From assembly GCA_964597445.1 (NCBI GenBank), contig CAZQXO010000002.1:10304-74303 (forward strand): a DNA stretch of 64,000 nucleotides, in the 5' to 3' direction. The notes beneath the pieces were generated by a model. It was not told the DNA's origin. It was given only the letters and a program-made list of their open reading frames with translations, and ran no database searches. The stretch comes from an uncultured Bifidobacteriaceae bacterium. Lineage in GTDB: Bacteria; Actinomycetota; Actinomycetes; S36-B12. The position numbers were made by a program, and so were the translations under genes. Of this stretch, positions 9,756 through 18,635 are shown in pieces (position 1 is the first letter of the stretch; every line of letters starts with the position of its first letter).

Positions 9756-9895
9756 CCCGGAGATCTCCCCCTCACCCCGAGCCTCCGCTGGCGGAGCCCC
9801 AGGCCTCCACCACGATCTCCCGGTGGCAGAGCCCTAGGCCTCCGCCACGATCCCCCGCTGGCAGAGCCCTAGGCCTCCACCACGACCGGAATGAT
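9756..9895. repeat. Tandem repeat, period 35 nt, three clear copies (9791-9825, 9826-9860, 9861-9895) plus a degenerate fourth; the last copy contains the 3' end and stop of rnj
   Basis: Aligned by eye: gcggagccccaggcctccaccacgatctcccggtg / gcagagccctaggcctccgccacgatcccccgctg / gcagagccctaggcctccaccacgaccggaatgat. Copies are contiguous, with no spacers. Confidence 0.75.
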
Positions 9896-11548
9896 CATGG
9901 GCCGGCGCCGATGGGCCGAGTTCGCCCACTTGCCGACCACTCGCCGGATGCGCTGCTGCAGCTCGTGCGTCTCGTCGGCTCCGTCATCCAGTGCCCGCTG
10001 GACCGCCTGCGTCACCTGTTCCACCAACTCCGCTGACAGCGCGTCATCCGGGCCGAATCCCCGAGCGTGGATCTCCGGTCCCGCGACGATGGCCCCGTCG
10101 ACGATGTCGACGGCGACGAAGACGGAGATGAAGCCCTCCTCGCCGAGCACGCGTCGATCCTTCAATGAGGTCTCTGTCACGTCACCGACCCCCGAGCCAT
10201 CGACGTAGACGAAACCGACGGGATGCTGACCGACGACCTCGAGTCGCCCGTCGACCAGGTCCATGACAGTGCCGTCCTCGGCGATCGTGATGCGCTCGCG
10301 CGGGATGCCGACACTGGAGGCCACCTCGGCATTGGCTCTCATGTGCCGCCATTCGCCGTGGATGGGCAGGACGTTGCGAGGCTTGACGATGTTGTAGACG
10401 TAGCGCAGCTCACCGGCTGCCGCATGGCCGGAGACATGGACAAGTGCGTTGCCCTTGTGCACGACATGAGCACCCAGTCTCGTCAGCCCGTTGATCACAC
10501 GGAAGACGGCGTTCTCGTTCCCGGGAATCAGGGACGACGCCAGGACGACAGTGTCGCTCGGGCCCACACTGATCGGATGGTCTCGGTTGGCGATGCGTGA
10601 CAGCACCGCCATGGGCTCCCCCTGCGACCCCGTGCAGATCAGCACCGCCTCGTCGTCAGGAAGGTTCGGGAGATCATCGGAGGCCACGAGCATGCCCCCC
10701 GGAATCGTCAGGTACCCGAGGTCTCGAGCGATGCCCATGTTGCGAACCATGGAACGTCCCACGAAGGCGATCTTGCGTCCGTGAAGCGCGGCCATGTCGA
10801 TGATCTGCTGGATGCGATGGACGTGGGATGCGAAGGACGCCACGATGATGCGCCCCTCAGCGCGGAGGAACACGGCATCCAGCACCGGAACGATGTCACG
10901 CTCACTGTCAACGAACCCGGGCACCTCCGCATTGGTGCTGTCGACCATGAGCAGATCGACGCCCTCGTCACCGAGCCGTGCGAAACCGTTGAGATCGGTC
11001 ACGCGCCCGTCGAGAGGAAGTTGGTCCATCTTGAAGTCACCTGTGTGCAGCACGAGTCCGCCCGGGGTGCGGATGGCGAGCGCCATGGCATCGGGGATCG
11101 AGTGATTCACCGCGAGGAACTCGACGGTGAAGGGGCCCCAGGTCGCCGTCTCGCCGTCGGTGACCGTCCGGAGATCCGGGGAGATCCTGTGCTCGCGCAT
11201 CTTCGCCTCGACCAGGGCGAGGGTCAGAGTCGAACCCACGACGGGGATGTCCGCTCGCAGGCGGAGCAGGTAGGGCAGAGCACCGATGTGGTCCTCGTGG
11301 CCATGAGTCAGGACGACGGCGACGATGTCGTCCAGGCGATCCTTGATGGGACCGAAGTCGGGGAGGATGAGATCGACGCCCGGTTGGTTCTCCTCGGGGA
11401 ACAGCACCCCGCAGTCGACGATGAGCAGACGCCCATCGCACTCGAAGACCGTCATGTTGCGACCGATCTCACCGAGCCCACCAAGGGCATAGATGCGAAG
11501 TGCTCCTTCGCGGAGCTCGGGAGGGGCAGGCAGCGTGACGTGACTCAT
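9869..11548 (-). CDS. rnj: Ribonuclease J
   Basis: Metallo-beta-lactamase HGHEDHIGALPYLL, beta-CASP region and RNase J C-terminal domain; 559 aa; conserved dapA-rnj-ftsK synteny. Confidence 0.95.
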   Translation of the reverse strand: MSHVTLPAPPELREGALRIYALGGLGEIGRNMTVFECDGRLLIVDCGVLFPEENQPGVDLILPDFGPIKDRLDDIVAVVLTHGHEDHIGALPYLLRLRADIPVVGSTLTLALVEAKMREHRISPDLRTVTDGETATWGPFTVEFLAVNHSIPDAMALAIRTPGGLVLHTGDFKMDQLPLDGRVTDLNGFARLGDEGVDLLMVDSTNAEVPGFVDSERDIVPVLDAVFLRAEGRIIVASFASHVHRIQQIIDMAALHGRKIAFVGRSMVRNMGIARDLGYLTIPGGMLVASDDLPNLPDDEAVLICTGSQGEPMAVLSRIANRDHPISVGPSDTVVLASSLIPGNENAVFRVINGLTRLGAHVVHKGNALVHVSGHAAAGELRYVYNIVKPRNVLPIHGEWRHMRANAEVASSVGIPRERITIAEDGTVMDLVDGRLEVVGQHPVGFVYVDGSGVGDVTETSLKDRRVLGEEGFISVFVAVDIVDGAIVAGPEIHARGFGPDDALSAELVEQVTQAVQRALDDGADETHELQQRIRRVVGKWANSAHRRRPMIIPVVVEA

Positions 11549-11559
11549 GAGACGCCCTT

Positions 11560-12471
11560 TCAGGGAGTGAAGCCCACGACACCGCCGGCCGCGAGATCGG
11601 CACGCAGCACTTCACGCTGCTCGGGGGTGGCATCGACGAGCGGAAGTCGCACGGGGCCCGCCGGGAGACCCTGCATGTCGAGTGCGGCCTTGGTCAGGAT
11701 GACGCCCTGCGTACGGAAGCACCCGGTGTAGACCGGCAGGAGCCCTCGGTTGATCTCGGCTGCTCGGGCACGATCGCCGGCGGCCATCGCCTCGGCCATC
11801 GCCTTGAGGCGATCGCCCACCAGGTGTCCGACGACCGAGATCATTCCGGCCGCACCGACCGACAGGAGCGGCAGGTTGAGGATGTCATCGCCGGAGTACC
11901 ACGCCAGGCCGGTGGTGGCCATGCCCCACTGGGCGAACTCGAGATCACCTTTCGCGTCCTTGTTCGCCACGATGCGCGGGTGCTCCGCCAGCCTCTGGAG
12001 GGTGCTCAACTCGATCGCCGTCCCCGTGCGCTTGGGGATGTCGTACGTGATCATCGGCAGGTCGGTCGCATCGGCGATCGCCGTGAAGTGCCGCAGGAGG
12101 CCCTCCTGAGGGGGCCGGTTGTAGTACGGCGTGACAGCCATGACGCCGTGGGCACCCGCTCGAGCGGCCGCACGGGCAGCTTCCACGGAGTGACGGGTGT
12201 CGTTCGTGCCGACACCAGCCACGACCGTCGCCCGGTCACCGACAGCACCGAGCACGGCCCGCAGGACCGCGAGGTCCTCTTCATCGGACTTGGTGGCCGA
12301 CTCCCCCGTGGTGCCGTTGACCACGAGACCGTCATGAGCAAGATCATCGACGAGATGAGCAGCCAGCGCCTGCGCCCCGTCGAGATCGAGGGAGCCATCG
12401 GGGTGGAAGGGGCTCACCATCGCCGTCAGCAGAACACCGAACGGCTGAGACGGACTCATGGGACCGGGCAT
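11560..12471 (-). CDS. dapA: 4-hydroxy-tetrahydrodipicolinate synthase
   Basis: NGTTGESATKSDEE and the VTPYYNRP region are typical of DapA; ~300 aa. Confidence 0.93.
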   Translation of the reverse strand: MPGPMSPSQPFGVLLTAMVSPFHPDGSLDLDGAQALAAHLVDDLAHDGLVVNGTTGESATKSDEEDLAVLRAVLGAVGDRATVVAGVGTNDTRHSVEAARAAARAGAHGVMAVTPYYNRPPQEGLLRHFTAIADATDLPMITYDIPKRTGTAIELSTLQRLAEHPRIVANKDAKGDLEFAQWGMATTGLAWYSGDDILNLPLLSVGAAGMISVVGHLVGDRLKAMAEAMAAGDRARAAEINRGLLPVYTGCFRTQGVILTKAALDMQGLPAGPVRLPLVDATPEQREVLRADLAAGGVVGFTP

Positions 12472-12493
12472 GGGCGAAGGCTACCGTGGGCCG

Positions 12494-13219
12494 CTACGGA
12501 GCCACCCTGCCGTTGGCCACGAATGCCGTGTGCGTGAGCGGCATCAGCCGAGACCACTCCTCCTCGTAACGCTCGGCCACCATCTCGATCTCACGCTGCG
12601 GGTAGGACGGGAAGTGCGAGCCGTCCGCCTTCCGGCGCAGGGAGAGAAAGTTCATGAGCGATCGTGCGTTGAGGGTCACATAGGCGCTGGAGTAGATCGA
12701 CACGGGAAGCACCATTCGGGCCACCTCCCGCGCGATACCTGCGTCCAGCATGTCCTTGTAGGCCCGATAGGACGATGAACAGGCCTCGCGCATGCGCTTC
12801 TCGATCAGGTCGTACTGACCTGCGTCTCCGGCGAGGAACTCGTACGCTCCCGTCTTGCCCACCTGGACGATCGCCCGATCCCGCGCGGGTACGTAGAAGA
12901 CTGGCTCGAGCTCCCGGTAACGGCCCGACTCCTCGTTGTAGCTGGCGATCCGATGGCGCATGTGCTCACGCCACACGAAGATCGGAGCCTGGACGAAGAA
13001 CGTGAGCGAGTTGTGCTCAAAGGGGCTGCCGTGCCTCTCGCGCATGAGGTAATTGATGAGCCCGCTCGAGCGCTGGGCATCCGCGTCGACGTCCTCGAGG
13101 GACTGCTCCCCCACGGTGGAGACACGTGCGGCGTACACGACGTCCGCATCGGACGCGCTGGCCCTCACCAGCTCGACTGTCACATCACTGCGGAAGGAGA
13201 TCCTGTCGTCATCGGTCAC
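12494..13219 (-). CDS. thyX: FAD-dependent thymidylate synthase ThyX
   Basis: ThyX motif RHRxxSxxxxSxRY (REHMRHRIASYNEESGRY); 241 aa. Confidence 0.93.
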   Translation of the reverse strand: MTDDDRISFRSDVTVELVRASASDADVVYAARVSTVGEQSLEDVDADAQRSSGLINYLMRERHGSPFEHNSLTFFVQAPIFVWREHMRHRIASYNEESGRYRELEPVFYVPARDRAIVQVGKTGAYEFLAGDAGQYDLIEKRMREACSSSYRAYKDMLDAGIAREVARMVLPVSIYSSAYVTLNARSLMNFLSLRRKADGSHFPSYPQREIEMVAERYEEEWSRLMPLTHTAFVANGRVAP

Positions 13220-13278
13220 GAAGGAACCCTACCGAGCGCCGATTCGCTCGGACCCCAGGCGACGACGACAATGTTGGC

Positions 13279-13851
13279 ATGTCGGAAGCCCCGCCCCCCA
13301 CGAACCCAGCGGACACCGTGCGTCTCGCCTCGATGCTCGACTGCGAGCGGGTCGGGGAGATCAACGTGGACGCGTGGCAGGCTCGACTGCGCGCCATCCT
13401 CCCCAGCGCGGTCCTGGACTCCCTGAGCGCACCCGACCTCGCCCTGGCCTGGGCCGGCGCCCTCATCAACCCGCCGTCACCCGCGCATCGTCTCCTCGTC
13501 GCCGTCACGACGGATGCGGTTGTCGGCTACGCGGCCATCGGCCCGTCATCAGACCCGGACGCGGAACCCCGAACCAGCGAGCTCCTCGCCCTGGAGGTCG
13601 ACCCACGTCACCACCGAGCCGGCCATGGATCGCGACTCATGACCGCTGCCGTGGATCTCGCCCGCCAGTCAGGGTTCGAGGAGATGTCGGTGTGGTGCCC
13701 AGTGGCCGACGAGGTGCGTCGCGCCTTCCTGCAGTCCGCCGGCTGGGCACCGGACTCCGCCCTGCGCGACCTCGAGATCCCCGGCGCCCCCGCGGACGAT
13801 GCCGTTCTCCGCGAAGCACGACTCGTGACGGACATCCGCACGGGAGCCTGA
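13279..13851 (+). CDS. GNAT family N-acetyltransferase
   Basis: An acetyl-CoA-binding-type segment LALEVDPRHHRAGHGSRLMTAAVDLARQSGF in a ~190 aa protein. I chose the internal ATG at 13279 because the upstream part of the ORF overlaps thyX and is Arg-rich. Confidence 0.7.
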   Translation: MSEAPPPTNPADTVRLASMLDCERVGEINVDAWQARLRAILPSAVLDSLSAPDLALAWAGALINPPSPAHRLLVAVTTDAVVGYAAIGPSSDPDAEPRTSELLALEVDPRHHRAGHGSRLMTAAVDLARQSGFEEMSVWCPVADEVRRAFLQSAGWAPDSALRDLEIPGAPADDAVLREARLVTDIRTGA

Positions 13852-13909
13852 GCGCTCCACGTCCCGGGCGCCGTCGCCGGGGTTTCCCGCGCACACCACG
13901 GCCGGCGAG

Positions 13910-13938
13910 TCCCCCGCCCTCGCCGGCCTCCCTCATCC
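13910..13938. terminator. Perfect 10-bp GC stem / 9-nt loop hairpin between convergent GNAT and response-regulator genes
   Basis: ggccggcgag (13910-13919), loop tcccccgcc, ctcgccggcc (13929-13938) read directly. A second small hairpin gtcccc-ggcga-ggggac follows near 13972. No U-tract. Confidence 0.45.
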
Positions 13939-14009
13939 TGAGGCACCGCCGCGCGATGCTGACACCCTCACCTGTCCCCCGGCGAGGGGACATCCCGGAC
14001 ATGTCCCGG

Positions 14010-14657
14010 TCAGGACCGGTCGAGCGGCTCGAGGAGCAGTCCGTCCCGACTGGCCTCGGCGTAGAGCTCCGTCCGCGTGCGCGCCGGTCGACCGACCTGC
14101 TGGTACTTCGCACGAACACGGTCCAGGTACTCCTTGACGGTGTGCGGTGAGATCTCCATGCGACGCGCCACCGCCGTGAGTTTGAGCCCGGATGCGTACA
14201 GCCGCAGGGCATCACGCTCACGCGGACTCAGCTCAGGAACCTCCGGGCCCGAGGCGAGCAGGGCCGCGAGATCGACCGAGAGGTACATCTCGTCCGCCGC
14301 GACAGAGCGAAGTGCCTCGAGCAGGTCATCGAGGGACACGCGCTTGGGCACGAAACCGAGGGCACCTGACGCCAGACCTGCGCGGATCGCCGCAGGCTCA
14401 TCGAAGGCACTGATCAGCAGTACCCCCACGTCGGCAGCAGCAAGAGCGCGGCAGTTCGTGGCGACATCCGGCTGGTCGGCCCCGAGCTCGACATCGAGCA
14501 GCGCGACATCTGCCCCGCTCGCGATCGCATCCCCCACCGAGTCACCGGAGTAGCTCACCGCGTAGCCGCCATGGCTGCCGCCCGCACCCGAGGTGAGCAG
14601 GGCCCTGAGACCCTCGCGCACCAGTTCGTGGTCATCAATGATGGCAAGCCGTGTCAC
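14010..14657 (-). CDS. NarL/FixJ (LuxR-type) two-component response regulator
   Basis: Receiver domain (RLAIIDDHELVREGLRALL...DVALLDVEL) plus a C-terminal LuxR HTH (LSPRERDALRLYASGLKLTAVARRMEISPHTVKEYLDRVRAKY). I chose the GTG at 14657 because it forms a GTGA overlap with the kinase stop. Confidence 0.88.
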   Translation of the reverse strand: MTRLAIIDDHELVREGLRALLTSGAGGSHGGYAVSYSGDSVGDAIASGADVALLDVELGADQPDVATNCRALAAADVGVLLISAFDEPAAIRAGLASGALGFVPKRVSLDDLLEALRSVAADEMYLSVDLAALLASGPEVPELSPRERDALRLYASGLKLTAVARRMEISPHTVKEYLDRVRAKYQQVGRPARTRTELYAEASRDGLLLEPLDRS

Positions 14658-17014
14658 GAGTCCCCCTGATCCGTGTGGACCACAGTCTCGCACAGCCACA
14701 GGGGCCCAGCCGGATCATCGGGGTCGACGAGGAGCACGCGCATGCGAGCACGCTCCTCGTCGATGTCCGGGGCATCGCACAGCGGGACTAGCAGCCTGAC
14801 CGCCACGCCATCACCCTCATGGCGGACCGAGAAGCGGGCAGTCGAGCCCACGCTCTGCCCGTCACGGAACCTCGTCCCGCACGCGCCACCCATGAGGGCG
14901 ACGAGCCGAGCCTCCCCCTCCGGATCCATGCCACGAGTCAACGGCACGTCGGGCCCTACCTCCACGTCGAGCAGGCAGCGACGTCGATGGGCGACGGCGA
15001 CCAGGGTCGATGCGAGGTGGTGATAGGAGCCTCCCTGCGGATCGAGCCTCATCACATTGCGAATGAACCGCTCCTCGAGGGCAGCTGCCTCGCGGACACC
15101 GTCGGTTGTCGGATCCGCCCCTCCCTCGGCTATCGCCGCCAGCAGCTCCGGGGCAGCCGAATCCGACAGCGCCCGATACCGGGTGTGCACACGTTCGATC
15201 GCCTGACGTGCCACCTGAGCCGCGTCGCTCTGTCGCATCTCCTCCGAGCGCTGCTGCCACGCGATCTGCGCATTGCGTCGCAGACTCCGACCGAGCAGCG
15301 CGCCGATGAAGATCATCGCTGTCCCGGCCTGCGTCAGCTCGAACAGCGGGTCACCCTGGAAGACGAGCCAGGTGACGAGAAGGAGGATCCATCCCCACCG
15401 TGGCCCTGCCGCTGCCACCACGAGGAAAAGTCCTGCGATGGCGGGAGACGACCATCCCCCTGCTGAACCCGGCGCCAGGGACGACTCCTGCATCACGTAC
15501 ACGAGCCAGCCGCCGACGGCCGATGCCATCAGGACCGGGACCCCGAGCTGCCCGCGTGTGCTCATCCATGCCACGAGCAGGGCGAGGAGAAGCCAGAGGA
15601 CGAAGGCTCCGGCATTCACGCCCACGGACACCACATCGACGCGAGTGCCCAGCACCAGAGCCGCCGCGTACAGGATCATCGCTCCGAGAACCGGGATCGC
15701 GAGATCCGCAGGCGCAGGCACGAGGAAGGCATCCAGTCCCGGTGCATCGTCGTCACGCACACGAGACGTCAGAACGACCTCCGTGCCGACATCAGAGCCA
15801 CGCCGGACATCAGCGGACCCTCCGACCTCGGCCATCGAGCCCACGATGGCATCAGCGATGCCGAACCTGCCCTCGGGCGGCTCTGCCGGCAAGCCGATCC
15901 CGTCGTCCGTCACTCGTACGGTGTGCACATCTGCTGAACGAGATCGCGCATAGCCGATACGAACCGTCACGACACTCGCCTGCGCATGTCGACCCACGTT
16001 GATCAGCGCTTCCGTGGCTGCGGTGCGCATTGCCGCGCGTACAGCGCTCGGCATCTCCCGACCCTCGTCGACGATGATCACCTCGACGCCCGAATCCCGA
16101 AGATCGACCAGGACAGGAGCGAGGTCCTCCACGAGACCACCGCTCCACGGGTCGTCGAGCACCGGCGGCATCGATCGGCTTCGCAGCGCAGCCAGGAGTC
16201 GGCTCACCTCGCCACATCGATGTCGGAGCCGCCGAGTCATGGCATCGTCGAGCCCACCCCGAGCAACGGCCACGAGCGTATTGAGAACCGACTCGTGCAA
16301 GGTTCGCTCTGTTGAGCGGAGGCCCTGCTCCACCAGGTCGGCTGTGCGGCGCTCCTGCTCCATCGCGAGCGCGGCCATGACAGCGTCGTCAGCAGCACGC
16401 GCGTGCACGAGCAGGGCTCGACGCGCTACAGCGCTGGAGATCCCGACCGCTAGGACGTAAACCGGGTCGAGGAACACCTCGAAGGAGAGCTGAAGACCCT
16501 CCGCCACATCAGGGATGAGCGTGTCCTTCGCCAGCAGCGCCGTCATCGCCGCTGTCGCGATGAGGCTCCAGCGGAAGGACAGCAGCAAGCCGGCGATGCC
16601 CGCTGCCAGCGCAGCCAGCTCCGCCACGCCGTGCCAATTGGGCACCGTCGCGCTGGCCTGACCCACATTCACGACGATGGTCGCCACCAGGACGACGGAC
16701 GCATCCACCGTCGCCATGCGTCGACCCGCTGACACGGGCCCCAGAAGATGCGCTCCCAGAAGGACGACCGCGGCGATGGGAATCGAGACGATGGCCAGTC
16801 CCGCGGCGACGGTCGGCTGCGCCCAGGGCCACAGCGTCGGCTGAGCCAGGATCCACAGCAACTGCCACAGGACCGCCGCTGGAACAAGGCCGCGACGCAC
16901 GGCCTGCTCCGCTGTCAGCACTCGTGCACGGGATCCCGAGCGTCGCCGTTCACGATCCTCATCGCGCAACCCGACACTCCGGCGGAGTACGGGGGCCGAG
17001 ACACCCGGGGCCAT
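14654..17014 (-). CDS. Sensor histidine kinase with atypical two-module architecture (TM block + HisKA_3-like/HATPase, then a second TM block + ~170 aa C-terminal domain)
   Basis: Module 1 (about 15755-17014) has ~5-6 predicted TM helices, the H-box-like TERTLHESVLNTL, the N-box-like TEALINVGRHA and the G1-like VTDDGIGLP. Module 2 (about 14657-15754) has another hydrophobic block, then ...ERVHTRYRALSD...ARFSVRHEGDGVAVRLLVP without clear ATP-lid boxes. I chose the ATG at 17014 because the longer ORF would overlap divergent azlC. Confidence 0.7.
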   Translation of the reverse strand: MAPGVSAPVLRRSVGLRDEDRERRRSGSRARVLTAEQAVRRGLVPAAVLWQLLWILAQPTLWPWAQPTVAAGLAIVSIPIAAVVLLGAHLLGPVSAGRRMATVDASVVLVATIVVNVGQASATVPNWHGVAELAALAAGIAGLLLSFRWSLIATAAMTALLAKDTLIPDVAEGLQLSFEVFLDPVYVLAVGISSAVARRALLVHARAADDAVMAALAMEQERRTADLVEQGLRSTERTLHESVLNTLVAVARGGLDDAMTRRLRHRCGEVSRLLAALRSRSMPPVLDDPWSGGLVEDLAPVLVDLRDSGVEVIIVDEGREMPSAVRAAMRTAATEALINVGRHAQASVVTVRIGYARSRSADVHTVRVTDDGIGLPAEPPEGRFGIADAIVGSMAEVGGSADVRRGSDVGTEVVLTSRVRDDDAPGLDAFLVPAPADLAIPVLGAMILYAAALVLGTRVDVVSVGVNAGAFVLWLLLALLVAWMSTRGQLGVPVLMASAVGGWLVYVMQESSLAPGSAGGWSSPAIAGLFLVVAAAGPRWGWILLLVTWLVFQGDPLFELTQAGTAMIFIGALLGRSLRRNAQIAWQQRSEEMRQSDAAQVARQAIERVHTRYRALSDSAAPELLAAIAEGGADPTTDGVREAAALEERFIRNVMRLDPQGGSYHHLASTLVAVAHRRRCLLDVEVGPDVPLTRGMDPEGEARLVALMGGACGTRFRDGQSVGSTARFSVRHEGDGVAVRLLVPLCDAPDIDEERARMRVLLVDPDDPAGPLWLCETVVHTDQGDS

Positions 17015-17067
17015 GCGCTCACTCTGGCATACCCGCGCGCCAGAGTCCCCCCGCCCGATACGGTCCG

Positions 17068-17763
17068 ATGGTGGGCCGGGACGCGAACGCAAGTCAGCGC
17101 CAGCGCATCCGAACGCAGGCCTCGAGCATCGCGATCGCCACAGGCGCCTACGCCCTCTCCTTCGGGGCAATCTCCGTGTCGACGGGTCTCGACGTCTGGC
17201 AGACGCAGGCGATGTCACTGCTCATGTTCACGGGAGCATCACAGTTCGCGTTCGTCGGGATCGTCGGCGCAGGCGGTGGGATCGTCGCTGCCGTCCTGAC
17301 GGCTTGGCTGCTCGGTGCGCGGAACAGCATGTACGCGGTCGGTCTCGGTCCTGTCCTGCGCCCGAGGGGACCACGGCGCCTGCTCGCAGCCCAGCTCACG
17401 ATCGACGAGTCCACAGCCATGGCCCTCGCGCATCCTGACCCACCGGAGGCAGCGAGGTACGCGTTCTGGAGCACGGGCATCCTCATCTACGTCCTGTGGA
17501 ATCTCGGGACCCTGATCGGGGCCATCACAGCCCACGCCATCGGAGATCCGAGCACCCTCGGCCTGGACGCAGCAACGGCTGCCGCGCTCCTAGCGCTGCT
17601 CTGGCCGCGCCTCATCGACCGGCAGATGTGGGCCGTCGCCCTGGCCGCCGCGGGTGTCGCCGTCGTGCTCACACCCGTGCTGCAGCCGGGCCTGCCCGTC
17701 CTTGCCGCCGCCCTCGTGGCCCTCGCCGCGGGCACCCTCGGTGGTCGCGGGAGCACTCGATGA
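17068..17763 (+). CDS. azlC: AzlC-family branched-chain amino acid exporter subunit
   Basis: LSFGAISVSTGLDVWQTQAMSLLMFTGASQFAFVGI and the overall polytopic pattern are typical of AzlC. ATGA overlap with the following AzlD gene. I chose the internal ATG at 17068 because the upstream extension overlaps the kinase start. Confidence 0.82.
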   Translation: MVGRDANASQRQRIRTQASSIAIATGAYALSFGAISVSTGLDVWQTQAMSLLMFTGASQFAFVGIVGAGGGIVAAVLTAWLLGARNSMYAVGLGPVLRPRGPRRLLAAQLTIDESTAMALAHPDPPEAARYAFWSTGILIYVLWNLGTLIGAITAHAIGDPSTLGLDAATAAALLALLWPRLIDRQMWAVALAAAGVAVVLTPVLQPGLPVLAAALVALAAGTLGGRGSTR

Positions 17764-18071
17764 TGTGGGCAGGGGTGATTGCCGGCTCGCTCGGCTGCTA
17801 CCTGGAGAAGCTCGTGGGCTACCTGCTTCCTGCGAGCGTCGCCGAGAACCCCGCCCTGCGTCGCATCTTCGGGCTCATGCCAGTCGCCCTGCTTGCAGCG
17901 CTGGTGGCGGTCCAGACCTTCGCCACAGGGACGACCCTCACCCTCGATGCCCGTGCAGCAGGCTTGGCCGTGGCCGTTGTGGCGCTCATCCTTCGAGCAC
18001 CCTTCTTGGCGGTGGTCATCTTGGCCGGCGTCACTGCCGCGGGACTTCGCGCGCTGGGGTGGGCCGCATGA
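17760..18071 (+). CDS. azlD: AzlD-family small membrane protein
   Basis: ~103 aa with 3-4 TM helices (MMWAGVIAGSLGCYLEKLVGYLLP...), translationally coupled to azlC (ATGA at 17760-17763). Confidence 0.78.
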   Translation: MMWAGVIAGSLGCYLEKLVGYLLPASVAENPALRRIFGLMPVALLAALVAVQTFATGTTLTLDARAAGLAVAVVALILRAPFLAVVILAGVTAAGLRALGWAA

Positions 18072-18619
18072 AGCGTCACCAGCGTCCCATCTTCGGCTTC
18101 CTGTGGCCATCACCCGATCCCCATGCGCCCGTGGATCACGACTACCGTCAAGCGCGACTGGTGCGCATCACTCCGCGAGGCCCGTTCCGCCTCCTGGCGC
18201 TGGGACTCGGCACCATCCTCACGGTGTTCCTGACGACGGCCTCCCTGCTCACCGCCATCGCCGCACCGCTCAGTGCGGCCACCTTCGTGTCTGCAGGCAT
18301 CGCAGCCACCTGCGTGGGCCTCGTCCTGCGTGGCTGGGTCGTGGGGACCTACGTCAACGATGACGAGGTCGTCGTGGACAGGCTCCTGCGACGTCAGCGC
18401 ATCCCCTGGAGTGCTGTGTCATCCGTGGCCTGCCTCGACGGCCGCGCGCGCCTGCTCGGTTCACCCCTGCGGGTTCCTGGACGCCGGGTGGTCCTGCGCA
18501 CCACGTCCGGGCAGACCGTCGAGACGCATGTGCAGAGCACCTCCCCCGACCTCCTCTGGCGGCCGGAGTCCTTCACGATCGCCTGCGAACGCCTGAAGAA
18601 CTGGGCCTCCCGCGCCTGA
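18068..18619 (+). CDS. Hypothetical membrane protein (two TM helices + bacterial PH-like C-terminal domain)
   Basis: The start ATG at 18068 overlaps the azlD stop. The product MKRHQRPIFGF...two hydrophobic helices...YVNDDEVVVDRLLRRQRIPWSAVSSV resembles bPH/DUF-type 'PH domain-containing' proteins. Domain assignment is from memory only. Confidence 0.5.
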   Translation: MKRHQRPIFGFLWPSPDPHAPVDHDYRQARLVRITPRGPFRLLALGLGTILTVFLTTASLLTAIAAPLSAATFVSAGIAATCVGLVLRGWVVGTYVNDDEVVVDRLLRRQRIPWSAVSSVACLDGRARLLGSPLRVPGRRVVLRTTSGQTVETHVQSTSPDLLWRPESFTIACERLKNWASRA

Positions 18620-18635
18620 CCTGCAACCCGGGTGC

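Noticed and set aside
9756-9895. Possible CRISPR array in the rnj-ftsK intergenic region
   Set aside because: The 35-nt units are directly contiguous with no unique spacers, there are only ~3 copies, and one copy is part of the rnj coding sequence. It is a tandem repeat, not CRISPR.
13053-14150. 365-aa plus-strand ORF across the thyX end, the GNAT gene and its downstream intergenic region
   Set aside because: It is an extremely Arg/Pro/Gly-rich translation that overlaps the better-supported GNAT frame and the response-regulator 3' end, with no domain signature.
17015-17218. Upstream 68-codon extension of the histidine-kinase ORF
   Set aside because: It is Arg-rich (RRRDPSTRRLPRRRGRRRLWRS) and would overlap the divergent azlC coding region, so I preferred the internal ATG at 17014. 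The true start could be even further downstream.
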